From Xylographa opegraphella (taxonomy: Eukaryota): a stretch of DNA of 64,000 nucleotides. Where the stretch lies: contig JALDZX010000008.1 in assembly GCA_022813865.1 (NCBI GenBank), forward strand, positions 186,001 through 250,000. Direction: 5' to 3'. How positions within the stretch are numbered: position 1 is the first letter of the stretch; each line of letters begins with the position of its first letter. The notes under the pieces are model-generated. The model ran no database searches. It was given only the letters and a program-made list of their open reading frames with translations, and had not been told where the DNA came from. Below, one piece after another: positions 62,603 through 64,000 of this stretch. The translations under genes were made by a program, and so were the position numbers.

Positions 62603-64000
62603 CTAAACATCTTTCAAGGGCCGCAGCATCTTGGCGGCCAAAAGGCCTCTCAGCTTCTTCAACGCCGCTGCGGGGAAGCGCTTCCTCGACCCATCGCGCG
62701 CAGACACAACCGTCACCGACTGCCCCCCAGGCGTCGGCCTCTCGACGAACGTCTCCTCCACGAAGTCGCTGAACGCTTTGATATCCTTCCAGCTACTCAT
62801 AGCGCCGAGACTGACGCGAACGACGCCCGTCGGCTTCCCGAACAAGATATCAAGGTCGTCGCCGCAGCGCATGCCTTCGGTGTAGTTGCGGCGCAGCTCC
62901 GCCGCGGAGAGGTGCAGGGAGGAGGCGATGCCGCCGGGGTTGCAGACGCCGCCGGTCCGCAGATGGATGCCGCGGGCGATGGCCATTTTCTCGACGTGGC
63001 TCTTGCCGACCCAGCCGCCGTGGCTGGTGCGGATGTTGAAGGCGATGGTGGGGCCCTGCGTGGCGCTGTCGCCGTACTTCGAGCGCGCGCTTTTGTAGAT
63101 CACGCACACTGCCTGGCCGTTGGGGTGGTGGAGCGAGGAGAGGTGGGTGTACAATGCCAGCGCGAGGTCCTTGGTGTGGAGGGAGATGGTGTCCATGGAT
63201 TTGTAGAGCCGCTCGTGGACGTCCAGGGCGGAGTCGAGGGCTATGAGGCTGTGGAAGGGGAGGGTGCCGTCTTCCAGCTGCTCGTGTAGGCTGTGGTCTT
63301 TCATGGCGTGCCATGCGTCGTGCTGGTTGATCACCATGGCCACGGTGCCGCCACCGAAGTACCGTCGGCGCTGTAGCATGTGAGCGGCAGCTTTTCGGAC
63401 GATCAATGCCCCTAAGTCGGGGAAGCCGAAGATTTTGTAGAAGCTGAGAGCGGTGAAATCGGGTGCTGAGTGAGCGTCGCTCAAGTCGAGCTGGGCGGTA
63501 CACACGTACGCTGCAGCGTCAAGCAGGGTGTAGACGTTTTTGTGGGCTGGATCAAGGGACTTGCGTAGCTGATTCGACCAATTGAGAGGCAATCGACGAC
63601 CGTTCAAGTTGGATTGAGCAGGATAGGCGAAGAGCCCGCACGTTCCTGTCGGATCATTGTCATCACGATCTTTCATCAAGTCCTTATCTTTCCTTCCAGC
63701 CAGCCAATCTTCGACTTCTGTATCAGACTCAAAGCGTCTTGAGCCTGCAGCTGCAAGGCGTCGTACACCGACAAGACTGGTATGTGCATCATCGTGGTAG
63801 CCATACCAGAACCCTGCCTGGTTAGACGCGTGGGCATAGTCTTGAAAGGCGGTTGCAACGAGCCTGATAGCGGCTGTAGCATTTGCCACGAAGACGATGT
63901 CGAAATCTTCGGGGTCTGCCCTGAAGAACTGTAGGACACGCAACCGAACTCGGTCAACGCGTCTGGTCGAGAGTTCAGACGAAGGCGAAGCAGAATGAGG
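62603..64000 (-). CDS. Molybdenum cofactor sulfurase-like class-V PLP enzyme, no MOSC domain, 5' end outside window
   Basis: PHSAS...RVLQFFRADP...FVANAT, YPAQSN, LLDAAA, SFYKIFGFPDLG, EDGTLPFH, LRTGGVCNPG, VRVSLGAMS. The ORF stops soon afterwards. Confidence 0.85.
   Translation of the reverse strand, partial: PHSASPSSELSTRRVDRVRLRVLQFFRADPEDFDIVFVANATAAIRLVATAFQDYAHASNQAGFWYGYHDDAHTSLVGVRRLAAAGSRRFESDTEVEDWLAGRKDKDLMKDRDDNDPTGTCGLFAYPAQSNLNGRRLPLNWSNQLRKSLDPAHKNVYTLLDAAAYVCTAQLDLSDAHSAPDFTALSFYKIFGFPDLGALIVRKAAAHMLQRRRYFGGGTVAMVINQHDAWHAMKDHSLHEQLEDGTLPFHSLIALDSALDVHERLYKSMDTISLHTKDLALALYTHLSSLHHPNGQAVCVIYKSARSKYGDSATQGPTIAFNIRTSHGGWVGKSHVEKMAIARGIHLRTGGVCNPGGIASSLHLSAAELRRNYTEGMRCGDDLDILFGKPTGVVRVSLGAMSSWKDIKAFSDFVEETFVERPTPGGQSVTVVSARDGSRKRFPAAALKKLRGLLAAKMLRPLKDV

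Noticed and set aside
62444..63503. 281-aa plus-strand and 217-aa alternate-frame ORFs
   Set aside because: Antisense and shifted shadows of the high-GC3 sulfurase-like CDS.

Overview
Eukaryotic, intron-containing DNA from a filamentous ascomycete (Pezizomycotina; short GT-AG introns with CTRAC/CTRAT branch points). Two blocks of conserved housekeeping genes are present. The left block (~1.9-14.4 kb) holds TSR2, KAP123, NCR1 and a metallophosphoesterase. The right block (~40-64 kb) holds a coiled-coil protein, an AT-hook protein, RRD1, MAK5, TRM7, COQ5, BCKDH E1-alpha and a MOSC-less Moco-sulfurase-like gene. Between them is an accessory-type interval (~15-39.5 kb) with an atypical kinase, a GNAT, secreted proteins, two PTH11-like membrane proteins, a TRI7/MBOAT-like acyltransferase, and an AT-rich-bounded island containing a disrupted F-box-like gene and an intronless nuclease-plus-kinase gene. 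Three items are missed by the ORF track: an intronic box C/D snoRNA (snR71-like, predicted to guide 25S Am2946) in the long KAP123 intron, a 57-aa Cys-rich micropeptide ending in a CaaX box, and a spliced secreted protein with a PRTase-like motif. Exon boundaries were read by eye, and family calls rest on recognised motifs, not database searches.
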